A DNA stretch of 63,727 bases, counting the filler, from Octopus bimaculoides (lineage: Eukaryota), in the NCBI RefSeq assembly GCF_001194135.2. It is 5 parts of 4 records of this genome, joined end to end, with 100 filler letters (N's around TTAATTAATTAA, not from the genome) between each part and the next. Parts side by side here need not be neighbours in the genome. Positions count along the whole stretch, not along the records: positions 41,734 to 53,489 come from NC_068989.1; positions 53,590 to 57,171 come from NC_068983.1; positions 57,272 to 63,727 come from NC_068998.1; 2 more parts are not named here. One strand, 5' to 3'. Made by a program: the position numbers and the translations under genes. This document shows, piece after piece, positions 52,352 to 63,727 of this stretch; positions within the stretch are counted from its first letter, which is position 1, and each line of letters opens with the position of its first letter. The notes under the pieces are model-generated. The model worked only from the letters and a program-made list of their open reading frames with translations, was not told the DNA's origin and made no database searches.

Positions 52352-52631
52352 CATGCGCATAAACACACAGGCACATACACGCACACGCACTCATGCATGC
52401 ACATACATACATACTATCACACAAACACATAATTACACACATTCACATGCCAAGTGTTACCACTAATTTTGCAATAAAATAAATATTCAAATCTTTAAAT
52501 AAATTTTTGACTACGCATTTGGAAAGGTGCTTGAGCTTGATGAATTCTTAAGACAACGACACAGTACGATCTTTAACACAAGCTAGCGAAAATATAAACA
52601 AACAAAAAACTAAACAAGCAAAAAGAGCTTT

Positions 52632-52785
52632 GGTGTGGCTGTGTGGTTAGAAGTTTGCTTCCCAACCATATGGTTCCGGGTTGAGTCCCATTGCGTGGCA
52701 CCTTAGGCAGCTATCTTATGTTATAGCCTCGAGCCAACCAAAGCCTTGTGAGTACATTTGGTAAACGGAAACTGAAATAAGCTCG

Positions 52786-52841
<56 letters not shown>

Positions 52842-53016
52842 ATGCGTGTTCTCGTGTCTTGACAACTAGTGTTGGTGTATTTCGGTCCCCGTAACATAGC
52901 GGTTCGGTAAAAGAGACCGTTAGAATAAATACCAGGCCTAAAACGTACTGGGATCGATTGATTCAACTAAGATTCTTCAAGGCGTTGCCCCAATATGGCC
53001 TCACTTTAATGACTGA

Positions 53017-53020
<4 letters not shown>
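52632..53020 (+). mobile_element. SINE family C
   Basis: Full copy. Confidence 0.88.
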
Positions 53021-53051
<31 letters not shown>

Positions 53052-53489
53052 CATACATACTTTTATACTTTTTAATGGCTACCCAGAGTATATAATATAT
53101 TATATTACTTAAATTCTTAGAAATACATTTACCTTTACATTTATTTAATACTTAAATATACTGTTTAAATATACGGTTTATTACTATTTTTCTTCTTTTT
53201 ATACTTTTTTTTATACTTTTAATGTTTTCCCAATACATATACTATTTTTATACTTACTTCTCTAAACATACTACCTTTCCCCCTTTATGAGGGTTATGTC
53301 ATGTTTTTCTTTAAAACAATATTTAGTTGGTATGGTCCGTACACTTAACAAAACACAAAAATGTAATAGTATATCTTTTTTCTACCTCCGATGAGATTCA
53401 ACATTATAATGATTTAATTATTTTAATTAAGAGATAATTATTAATTGGTTTATCTCTATTTTCTTATATATATATATATATATATATAT

Positions 53490-53589
53490 NNNNNNNNNNN
53501 NNNNNNNNNNNNNNNNNNNNNNNNNNNNNNNNNTTAATTAATTAANNNNNNNNNNNNNNNNNNNNNNNNNNNNNNNNNNNNNNNNNNNN
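53490..53589. other. Artificial contig join N44-TTAATTAATTAA-N44
   Basis: Linker at 53534-53545. Confidence 0.95.
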
Positions 53590-53723
53590 TGTTCCTCAGG
53601 ATTTTGGTCAATTTCCAGGAATCCTTGGCTTTACAATGAAACCAATGGAACGCTGCCAGTTGGAGATGAACTGTATTGGCACAGGCGGAAGTGACGTCTG
53701 CCTGACTTGCCTAAGATAGGTGC

Positions 53724-54305
53724 AGGTGTGGCTGTGTGGTAAGAAGCTTGTTTCGCAATCACATGGTTCCTGGTTCAGTCCCACTGCGTGACACCTTGCG
53801 CAAGTGACTTTTACTATAGCCTCGGGCTGACCAAAGCCTTGTGAGTGGATTTGGTAGATGGAAACTGAAAGAATCCCATTGTGTGTGTATAAGTGTGTGT
53901 GTGCACAGGTGTGGCTGTGTGGTAAGAAGTTTACTTCCTAACCACATGGTTCCAGGTTCAGTCCCACTGCGTGACACCTTAGGCTTTGGTCTCTGGCTGA
54001 CCAAAGCCTTGTGAGTGGATTTGCTTGATGGAAACTGAAAGAAGCTCATTGTGTCAGTGTGTGTGTGTGTACATCTGTGTGTACGTGTGTGTGTGTGCGT
54101 TTGTCTTTGCCACCCTCCACAGCATGACAACCAGTGTTAGTTTGATTACATCCCCATGACTTAGCAGTTTGGCAAAAAGAATTTGACAATAAATGCCAGG
54201 GCTTCACAACATGAACAAGTGCTAGCTGTCAATTTATTCAACTAAACAAAATCTTCAAAGCAGTGCTCCAACATGGTCATAGTTCAATAACAGAAACCAG
54301 GTAAA
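53724..54305 (+). mobile_element. SINE family C with tandemly duplicated head
   Basis: CAGGTGTGGCTGTGTGGTAAGAAG..GGAAACTGAAAGAA occurs twice (about 53724-53880 and 53906-54050), followed by one tail. Confidence 0.85.
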
Positions 54306-54591
54306 AGTTGAAATGTTCTCAGAGCTTGGGAACTCTTTGAATGTCAGATCATTGCAGACTCTTGGAATATTGTGTCGAACTGCTGCTGTTGCTCATAGAA
54401 TGGTCCTAGTTATCAGCCGAGTGCATTGTCCAAGAGAGCCAACAGCCATGTTGTACTTGTTCGGACAGGAGAACCTTTTGGTTTTCTTTTGTTTTTATGT
54501 TTTGTTTGTTGGTTCAAAGTGATGCAGGGGTTTACGGGGCATTCGACTGGAAAGGACCAAGGAACAATATTTGTGTGTATGTGTGTTTTAT

Positions 54592-54671
<80 letters not shown>

Positions 54672-55488
54672 TTGGCGTTAGGAAGGGCATCCAGCTGTAG
54701 AAACTCTGCTAGATCAGATTGGAGCCTGGTGCAGCAGTTGCACAAGTGCTTTTTATGTGGCATCCGTCCGTACCTGCAAAGAACAAACCTGTACGTATGA
54801 GTGACAGCGATTTTACTTGTCCTTGTTTCGCACATTCTGAATAATATAAAGCTTTCCTTTCACAAGTCCCAAGTTACTCCGGTGGTTGAAAAACAAATTG
54901 GGAATGTGTATCCATATACGATGCATTGACACCAGGGAAATATGCTCGGTGTATAACGTGATGCACAAAATAAGCAAAAGGTTAAACAATGTTTTTAAAA
55001 GACAGTTTTAGTGTGACATTGGTGAATTATGTTATTACAGAATGTCTTTACAGCGAGGCTGTATGTGACATTAACGCTTTGTCTGTCCAAAAAAATTTCA
55101 TATGTTCTGAATTATATAAAGGTTTTTATAAGTCCCAAGTTATTCTGGTGGTTGAAAAAAAAAATTGGGAATCGTATTCATTTAAAATGCACCTATGCCA
55201 GGGAAATGTGTCCTGCGCATCGCATGTGAATACACAGGACTAGTAAAGGAAGAGTTAATGTACCACAAAACGATGTGGAATAAATATTTATTTTACAAAC
55301 TCAATATCGGTTTTCTTGTTTGAAATCCCCCCACCCCCACCCCATTCCTCCCACAGAAGCAAGAATTACGAATTCAACGCAGAAATACACACATACACAC
55401 ATGCACGTATGCGCGCGAATGCACGCAATCGTGTACGTGCGCGCATGCGCACACATGCCTGTTCCTGCACACTCACGCAAGAACCCAG

Positions 55489-55523
<35 letters not shown>

Positions 55524-56236
55524 CATACATATGCACACACTCACTCGTACATACGCGCACACGCGCGACTGATATATATATATACTTAACCTTTCTTTTC
55601 ATCGAGCCCAGAAGACGGTCGACCTTGACAAGATTTGAACTCCAGTCGTAAAGGGAGTTAACTTTCGATTTCGCCACCATATGTAGTGTTATAGGTATAA
55701 CTACAGTTTAGTGACCCGCTTTCTTCGTTTCCTTTGTGTGGTTTTTTAACGACTAATTTTCCTTTTTCACTCTGATTACTTGAAAAAAAAAGCTACAATA
55801 AAAATAAACGGTCGGTGGGGCAGTAAACTGTACTTAGACGCTCCTTATTCCATGTAGTGTAAAACTATAGGCTAGGTGCAAGAAACAACACGTGAATGCT
55901 TCTACATGGTTCATTGACGTGTTAGAAATTGCAGCCACCATTACCTCTCAAATTCATACTGTCCCGTCTTGGAAAGAAAAGAAAGAAAGAATTACATTGA
56001 TTAAGCGTAGTCCTAGATAGACAGTACTCGAATGAAGGATGAAAGGTGGTGGTGGCGGTGGTGGTCACCGCTTACGTTTCGTCATGACTCTTCTCCATAA
56101 TGTAATCCTAGATAAGATGGGATGGTCACAACTGGAATATTTATTTGAAATATTACACTTGCTTTTCTCTCTGTCTTAAAAGATTACAATAATCTTCATG
56201 TTTTAGTACATTTGCACCCATTTTTTTGTTTATATA

Positions 56237-56537
56237 GATTAGATTGTGGGGTGTGATTTGAAGGAGATTTAGTTGCTATTTCTACTAAGTCTAGCCACCC
56301 TGCAGAGGTCTTCCTCACTAGCTCGTACATGTATATATGTATACTCTTTTACTTGTTTCAGTCATTTGACTCCGGCCTTTAGTCGAGCAAATCGACCCCA
56401 GGACTTATTCTTTTGTAAGCCTAGTACTTATTCTATCGATCGCTTTTGCCGAACCGCTAAGTTACGGGGACGTAAACACACCACCATCGGTTGTCAAGCG
56501 ATGTTGGTGGGGGGGGGGAACAAACACAGACACACAA

Positions 56538-56568
<31 letters not shown>

Positions 56569-56961
56569 TATATGTATATATATACGACAGGCTTCTTTCA
56601 GTTTCCGTCTACCAAATCCACTCACAAGGCTTTGGTCGGCCCGAGGCTATAGTAGAAGACACTTGCCCAAGGTGCCACGCAGTGGGAATGAACCCGGAAC
56701 CATGTGGTTGGTAAAAGCAAGCTACTTACCACACACCCACTCAGATAAGACAGCAGGGTGTGATTTGAAGATTTGGCTGCTATATTTACTAATTCTAGCT
56801 ACCATGTAGTGGTCTCCCTCGTTGGCTCTTACGTACATATATACATAGATAAGACAGTAGGATGTGATTTGAAGGAGATTTGGCTGCTATATCTACTAAT
56901 TCTAGCTATTATGTAGAGGTCTCTCCTATTGGCTCATACGTACATATATACATAGATAAGA
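56237..56961 (+). repeat. Three copies of a 105-110 bp unit (one separated by a SINE, two in tandem)
   Basis: GTGTGATTTGAAGGAGATTT(G/A)G(C/T)TGCTAT..CTACTAA..CTAGC..GGTCT..CGTACAT at about 56237-56340, 56742-56850 and 56847-56961. Confidence 0.85.
56340..56735 (-). mobile_element. SINE family C
   Basis: Full reverse copy. Confidence 0.9.
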
Positions 56962-57171
56962 CTAGTGGCTCGTAGATAAAATTAGTGGGGTGCCACTTTA
57001 GAAAATTTTTAGCCGCTGTTTTAGTATTGTGTAAAAGGAAACAAACATATAAAAAGAAAATTTATACATAAACTTGATCGGTTCGCGATTTAACAATTGC
57101 TGGGTAAGTGTGTTTAATTTTGTTCACTGAACACCGCCGCGAATTCCACCTTGTTTTTCAAAAATCTCCCC

Positions 57172-57271
57172 NNNNNNNNNNNNNNNNNNNNNNNNNNNNN
57201 NNNNNNNNNNNNNNNTTAATTAATTAANNNNNNNNNNNNNNNNNNNNNNNNNNNNNNNNNNNNNNNNNNNN
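57172..57271. other. Artificial contig join N44-TTAATTAATTAA-N44
   Basis: Linker at 57216-57227. Confidence 0.95.
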
Positions 57272-57305
<34 letters not shown>

Positions 57306-57696
57306 AATATATATACATATATATATGTCCAAATATATTTGTGTGTGGTGTATTTAACACTTAATGAATAGATGAAATAGAATAGTACTCAATAGCATTT
57401 CGCTAGAGTTAAATGTTTCTAATGGAAGTTTGACTTGCAGGTTCGAGCCCGTGTAGGAAACACTCACAAACGCAAAGATAATCGGAAAAATAATTGCATA
57501 CATAAACACACAATTACCTGTAAATGCAAAGACAACTATGTATATAGCCATCTAAATTGAAGCTTCGAAGTCACTATCGATCTTTTGTTTGACAAAATAT
57601 ATTAAACATAATGATTTAGTTAAAGGTTTCTGATCATTCAATCTTCGATTGATATAAGATACAAACTGATTCAATACGTGTGTGTGTACATATACA

Positions 57697-57734
<38 letters not shown>

Positions 57735-57834
57735 NNNNNNNNNNNNNNNNNNNNNNNNNNNNNNNNNNNNNNNNNNNNNNNNNNNNNNNNNNNNNNNNNN
57801 NNNNNNNNNNNNNNNNNNNNNNNNNNNNNNNNNN

Positions 57835-58165
57835 CAAAAGCGATGCCACGCCTCAGCTGCCATGCAGAGGGAGCTGGCAGCAGGTTGACCGCTTGGCCAT
57901 TGGAACGCGTCCCTTCCACAAGAAGATAAAGGCACGCTCCAACCTAATCAAACAGTTCAGCCCCTGCTGGGGCACAAACGGCTACTAGTAATTAATGGCA
58001 CCAGCTTCACTGCCGTTCACGTCCAGAACCATCAGCTTGGCGTCTGAGTCCAAGAGGATCGCTCGTACCTGGAGATCTAACGATTTCCGGAATAGCACTG
58101 CTACGCCGTCATCCGATCCCTATAGACCCCAAGATGAGAATATCTCGTAGTCCTCTAAAATAACA
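57835..58165 (-). mobile_element. Tx1/L1-clade LINE fragment
   Basis: APE-like GVAVLFRKSLDLQVRAILLDSDAKLMVLDV joined directly to post-RT-like AFIFLWKGRVPMAKRSTCCQLPLHGS*GV. Confidence 0.7.
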
Positions 58166-58170
58166 AGATG

Positions 58171-58226
<56 letters not shown>

Positions 58227-59203
58227 TCATGTTGTTGTTGTGGTGGTGGTATCGAATTATCTAAGAAACATCCGAATTAGTTAAATCTTCTGACAAGAAC
58301 TTATCGTCAGAATTCGTCGCAATCCAAAAACCGTCAGATTAATATCGACACCTTTGACTTAATTAGATTTACCTTCGCCTAATAAATCTCACAATGACAT
58401 CACTACACCTTGTTGATTTTTATCAATTTATATACACGTGCGATGCGAATTTATACATCATATNNNNNNNNNNNNNNNNNNNNNNNNNNNNNNNNNNNNN
58501 NNNNNNNNNNNNNNNNNNNNNNNNNNNNNNNNNNNNNNNNNNNNNNNNNNNNNNNNNNNNNNNNNNNNNNNNNNNNNNNNNNNNNNNNNNNNNNNNNNNN
58601 NNNNNNNNNNNNNNNNNNNNNNNNNNNNNNNNNNNNNNNNNNNNNNNNNNNNNNNNNNNNNNNNNNNNNNNNNNNNNNNNNNNNNNNNNNNNNNNNNNNN
58701 NNNNNNNNNNNNNNNNNNNNNNNNNNNNNNNNNNNNNNNNNNNNNNNNNNNNNNNNNNNNNNNNNNNNNNNNNNNNNNNNNNNNNNNNNNNNNNNNNNNN
58801 NNNNNNNNNNNNNNNNNNNNNNNNNNNNNNNNNNNNNNNNNNNNNNNNNNNNNNNNNNNNNNNNNNNNNNNNNNNNNNNNNNNNNNNNNNNNNNNNNNNN
58901 NNNNNNNNNNNNNNNNNNNNNNNNNNNNNNNNNNNNNNNNNNNNNNNNNNNNNNNNNNNNNNNNNNNNNNNNNNNNNNNNNNNNNNNNNNNNNNNNNNNN
59001 NNNNNNNNNNNNNNNNNNNNNNNNNNNNNNNNNNNNNNNNNNNNNNNNNNNNNNNNNNNNNNNNNNNNNNNNNNNNNNNNNNNNNNNNNNNNNNNNNNNN
59101 NNNNNNNNNNNNNNNNNNNNNNNNNNNNNNNNNNNNNNNNNNNNNNNNNNNNNNNNNNNNNNNNNNNNNNNNNNNNNNNNNNNNNNNNNNNNNNNNNNNN
59201 NNN

Positions 59204-59430
59204 GTGGTGATGGTGGTGGTGGCAGTGGTGGTGGCAGTGGTGGTGGCAGTGGTGCTGGTGGTGATGGTGGTGATGGTGGTGGTGATGATGTTGATGGTGG
59301 TAGTGCTGATGGTGGTAGTGGTGGTGGTGGTGACGGTGCTGGTGGTCGTCGTCGTCATCGTCGTGGTTGTCGTGGTGAAGGTGGTAGATGTGGTAGAGGT
59401 GGTAGTGACGATGGTGATGATGACAACGAC
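59204..59430. repeat. Degenerate (GGT)n tract
   Basis: Direct reading. Confidence 0.9.
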
Positions 59431-59874
59431 GAGGCTAATTAAGACACTTTTTATTAATTATGACGAACTCTCAACACTAACACCAAAACCTGAGATTCCC
59501 ATCTGTTAATCACACAGATTGTCTTTACAGGTAAGTTCGGCGTTTGAAACACCATATTGTTGTCGTTGTTATTGCTGTTGTTACTGTTAGCGTTGTTGGT
59601 GGTAATGGTGATAATTTGCGGGAGCATGGCCTGATGGTTAGATTATTACTCTCACGATCACGAGACCGCGGTCTCAATTCCTGGGCCGGGTGGCGCATTG
59701 TGTTCTTGAGCAAAACAAATTCACATTGCTCTCACATTGATCACTTCGACACCTGACGCGCGGTACACTTGTGCACCTCTTCGGACAACGTCCATTTGAT
59801 GCAGGCCGTGATCTACTGTACAACTCACTCCCTAATGACTCAAACAAGTAAAAAAAATAATAAAACATGTTGTT

Positions 59875-59996
59875 GCTTCCCAACAACATGGTTTCGAGTT
59901 CAATCCCACTGATAAAAAGTAAGCTAATTTCCTAATCACATGGTTCTGAGTTCAATACCACTGCGTGGCACCTTGGGCAAGTGCCTTCTACTACAG

Positions 59997-60000
<4 letters not shown>
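59875..60000 (+). mobile_element. SINE family C head fragments
   Basis: ACATGGTT..GAGTTCAAT..CCACTG occurs twice, then the CORE-like block; truncated by (TA)n and a gap. Confidence 0.75.
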
Positions 60001-60030
<30 letters not shown>

Positions 60031-61065
60031 NNNNNNNNNNNNNNNNNNNNNNNNNNNNNNNNNNNNNNNNNNNNNNNNNNNNNNNNNNNNNNNNNNNNNN
60101 NNNNNNNNNNNNNNNNNNNNNNNNNNNNNNNNNNNNNNNNNNNNNNNNNNNNNNNNNNNNNNNNNNNNNNNNNNNNNNNNNNNNNNNNNNNNNNNNNNNN
60201 NNNNNNNNNNNNNNNNNNNNNNNNNNNNNNNNNNNNNNNNNNNNNNNNNNNNNNNNNNNNNNNNNNNNNNNNNNNNNNNNNNNNNNNNNNNNNNNNNNNN
60301 NNNNNNNNNNNNNNNNNNNNNNNNNNNNNNNNNNNNNNNNNNNNNNNNNNNNNNNNNNNNNNNNNNNNNNNNNNNNNNNNNNNNNNNNNNNNNNNNNNNN
60401 NNNNNNNNNNNNNNNNNNNNNNNNNNNNNNNNNNNNNNNNNNNNNNNNNNNNNNNNNNNNNNNNNNNNNNNNNNNNNNNNNNNNNNNNNNNNNNNNNNNN
60501 NNNNNNNNNNNNNNNNNNNNNNNNNNNNNNNNNNNNNNNNNNNNNNNNNNNNNNNNNNNNNNNNNNNNNNNNNNNNNNNNNNNNNNNNNNNNNNNNNNNN
60601 NNNNNNNNNNNNNNNNNNNNNNNNNNNNNNNNNNNNNNNNNNNNNNNNNNNNNNNNNNNNNNNNNNNNNNNNNNNNNNNNNNNNNNNNNNNNNNNNNNNN
60701 NNNNNNNNNNNNNNNNNNNNNNNNNNNNNNNNNNNNNNNNNNNNNNNNNNNNNNNNNNNNNNNNNNNNNNNNNNNNNNNNNNNNNNNNNNNNNNNNNNNN
60801 NNNNNNNNNNNNNNNNNNNNNNNNNNNNNNNNNNNNNNNNNNNNNNNNNNNNNNNNNNNNNNNNNNNNNNNNNNNNNNNNNNNNNNNNNNNNNNNNNNNN
60901 NNNNNNNNNNNNNNNNNNNNNNNNNNNNNNNNNNNNNNNNNNNNNNNNNNNNNNNNNNNNNNNNNNNNNNNNNNNNNNNNNNNNNNNNNNNNNNNNNNNN
61001 NNNNNNNGAACTTTAAGAAAAAAAAAACACTAACGGATTAACTCATACGATCCACTTGTTTACGT

Positions 61066-61100
61066 CTTCTTCTTCTTCTTCTTCTTCTTCTTCTTCTTCT

Positions 61101-61147
<47 letters not shown>

Positions 61148-61212
61148 TTCTTCCTATTCTTCTTCTTCTTCTTCTTCTTCTTCTTCTTCTTCTTCTTCTT
61201 CTTCTTCTTCTT
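61066..61212. repeat. (TCT)n microsatellite
   Basis: Direct reading. Confidence 0.97.
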
Positions 61213-61499
61213 CTGCTTCTTTGTTCTTTTCTTTCTTCAAGAATATGTCTTTAAAAAGTCTTTTGTTTTTTATCTTTTGTCCGTTTTGTTTTTTGTGGAG
61301 TTTTTTTTTTGTTTTGTAACATCTTATCACTCACACAGCCGAACTTCCCAACGACTTTCAACTTCCGGTCACCTTTCGCTAATAAAGCCATTTGTTGTTG
61401 TAGTTGTTGTTGTTGTTTATAACCCCCCAGGCCCACCACCCCTAAGTTAGTCCGTTTTCTGTGTCTGCTATCCTAGAAAAAATCGCAAAAGTAGGAATA

Positions 61500-61663
61500 A
61501 CGACAACATCAACAGCAACAACAGCAGCAGCAACAACACCAAAACTAGAATAACTACTACTACTGTTACCACTACTACTGTTACCACTACTACTGCTGTT
61601 GCTGCAGCTACTATTGTCGCGGCCACCACTGCTACTACTGTACTACTTGTGTCACTGCTGCTG

Positions 61664-61694
<31 letters not shown>

Positions 61695-61810
61695 AATTAC
61701 TCCTGCTGCTGCAGCTGCTACTACTACTACTAGTACTACAGCTGCTACTGCTGCTGCAACTAATACTACTACAATTACTACTGCTGCAGCTACTACTACT
61801 ACTACTACAA
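61500..61810. repeat. Degenerate (CAA)/(CTA)/(CTG) trinucleotide tract
   Basis: Direct reading. Confidence 0.9.
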
Positions 61811-62479
61811 AAGCACATCCTTCACTCACTTCTTGGTTTCAGTCAAAGATCGTGGCCATTTTGGGAGTTTCAAAATGTTGGGATATTTTGCATCTATAAC
61901 TATCTACCTATCTGTATATGTGCGTGTGTGTGTGTGTGTGTGCGTGTGTGCGTGTATGTATGTATGTGTGTGTGTGTGTGTGTGTGTAAGTACTTATGTA
62001 TGTACTTTTGTATGCAAAAGAATGTGTTCTTGTATATGTTTGTATTTGTGTATACATACAAAAATACATACATACACTCATGCATGAATACATACATCCA
62101 TACACATATTCCTATGTGACTGTTTAATTCGCAATCCTTTGATTTCACACATATTGACCACACAGGGAAGCACACACAAACATACACACACACTCTCTCA
62201 CTCTCTCCTCAACTCAAAAACATATGCAATTACACACACACATTCAACCGCTAACTCCCACAGACCATAGGTTGCATTATTACAAAGCGTTCCCTCCTTC
62301 ATATCAAATTCAAACGTAGCAGGTGCAAAATGGCGTCTACACTTGCAGTAAATAACGTAACTGGGAGCCATGATACTTTACAGACAAACATCATCGTAAA
62401 TCAACGAACAATATATAACTTTTGAAAACGTCATTTCAGGCTGCAGATCCGCCATTTTCCTTCGTTGAAATCTCCTTTG

Positions 62480-62670
62480 TACAATAGGGATAAGGCCTGA
62501 AATGTTGGTGGGGAGGTGGTAAATCGATTACATCGATCTCATTACTCGACTGGTACTTATTTCATCGACCTCAAAAGAATAAAAAGCAAAACCGATCTCG
62601 GAAGAATTTCATCTCAGAACGTAAAATCGGAAGAAGAACCACGAAGTAATTTCTTCCAGTCAGCTCACCG
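62480..62670 (-). mobile_element. SINE family A (diverged)
   Basis: Reverse, diverged copy. Confidence 0.75.
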
Positions 62671-62676
62671 CCCATG

Positions 62677-62722
<46 letters not shown>

Positions 62723-63098
62723 TACATGTATATGCATATATATTCATGCACATTCTATTCATGTGATGTGTGTAGCATGTGTGTGTGTGTGTGTGTCGTC
62801 GTGGGTGGAGGGTGAAAGAGTGAGGACACCGGACGAGAGGTCAGTGGTTTGTAGACTCTTACCAGCACTGCCCTGTGTCAATGGCTAAGACACTCAGATA
62901 TAAGTCCACCTAGGCGTAAGTAGGTAAGTAGGTACAATGAGCTAATATATTCCAACAACTTAAACGCGTTTGTGAGTATTTTTGTGTGTACAAAATACAC
63001 ATACATACGCACAAGCGCGTATGTACATGTGTGTGTGTGTATATGAGTGTATATATATGTATGTATATGTGTGAATATATAATATACATATGTATTTT

Positions 63099-63169
<71 letters not shown>

Positions 63170-63243
63170 GAACCTCGGTTTACGAACAACTCTGATCCCG
63201 AATAAATCGTACTTTATCTCCTGTCTTTCTCATATTCATTTAA

Positions 63244-63716
63244 TACAGTAGTACCTCGGATTACGAACGCCTCTGATTACGAATAAATCGTGCTTTATAT
63301 ATATTTACATCTATCTATAAAAATTTTATTTGCTGGCGATTGTAACTGCGCTTGCGCGGTAGATTTGAAAAATTATAATGTATATAGATGAAACATGTGG
63401 GTCTTCAGTGTTCCACAAATGTACATTAATTATAGCGCCCATGCTGATGAGACACGGACGGCAAATTATTTCATTTGTTCATTGATATCGAAACTTGAGT
63501 ACATGTGGTAACTATTGAAATGTTTTTATTTTTAGTTCCCTTTGAAATTACTCTTATCCGTGGTTTGGACTTTAACTGCCCTTTTCAGCATGTAAGGCGT
63601 TCTGTTAGGGTCACATATTTTGTGTATAGAAAGGTACACTAATTTATATGAAATATATATATTTGAAGCACGATTATTCGCGATTGGAGTTGTTCGAAGA
63701 CCGAGGTACTACTGTA
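63244..63716. mobile_element. pogo/Tigger-like MITE with TA TSD
   Basis: TA+CAGTAGTACCTCGG..ACGAAC...GAATAAATCGTGCTT on the left; GCACGATTATTCG...GTTCGAAGACCGAGGTACTACTG+TA on the right. Confidence 0.85.
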
Positions 63717-63727
63717 TATATATACAT

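Noticed and set aside
59204-59442. Gly-rich or Val-rich ORF
   Set aside because: Degenerate (GGT)n tract after a gap; all frames are low complexity.
63444-63480. CTGATGA inside the MITE
   Set aside because: No stem II or GAAA box.
20000-63727. Upstream exons of the guanylyl cyclase (e.g. FSDIVGFT, YKVETIGDAYM, kinase-homology motifs)
   Set aside because: I did not find them by eye on the minus strand. They may lie in gaps, outside the window, or have been missed.

Overview
This is AT-rich, microsatellite-saturated animal DNA from a gapped draft assembly. The repeat families look like those of an octopus/coleoid cephalopod (inference, not verified). No prokaryotic features or CRISPR arrays are present. 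The only host gene I can support is the intact 3' coding end of a guanylyl cyclase on the minus strand (19519-19878), which runs into an artificial contig join (N44-TTAATTAATTAA-N44). Everything else I can identify is mobile DNA or simple repeats. This includes three abundant SINE families, some copies with clean target-site duplications (TSDs), and Dong/R4-type retroelements sitting in (TAA)n tracts. There are also two piggyBac relics, several mariner relics, a pogo-like MITE, Helitron pieces, a Tx1/L1-like fragment and Penelope-like (PLE) remnants. The main observations are (i) a type I hammerhead ribozyme fold with an intact core at 47026-47079 downstream of a PLE GIY-YIG remnant, with a decayed second one at 35276-35327; (ii) two patches (41734-43305 and about 53050-53290) with a TpA-rich, CpA/TpG-poor signature resembling context-specific hypermutation, one holding a duplicated, unidentified decayed coding domain; (iii) an empty-site/filled-site pair for a TAA-targeting R4-type insertion. 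I found no firm evidence of a new multi-gene system.
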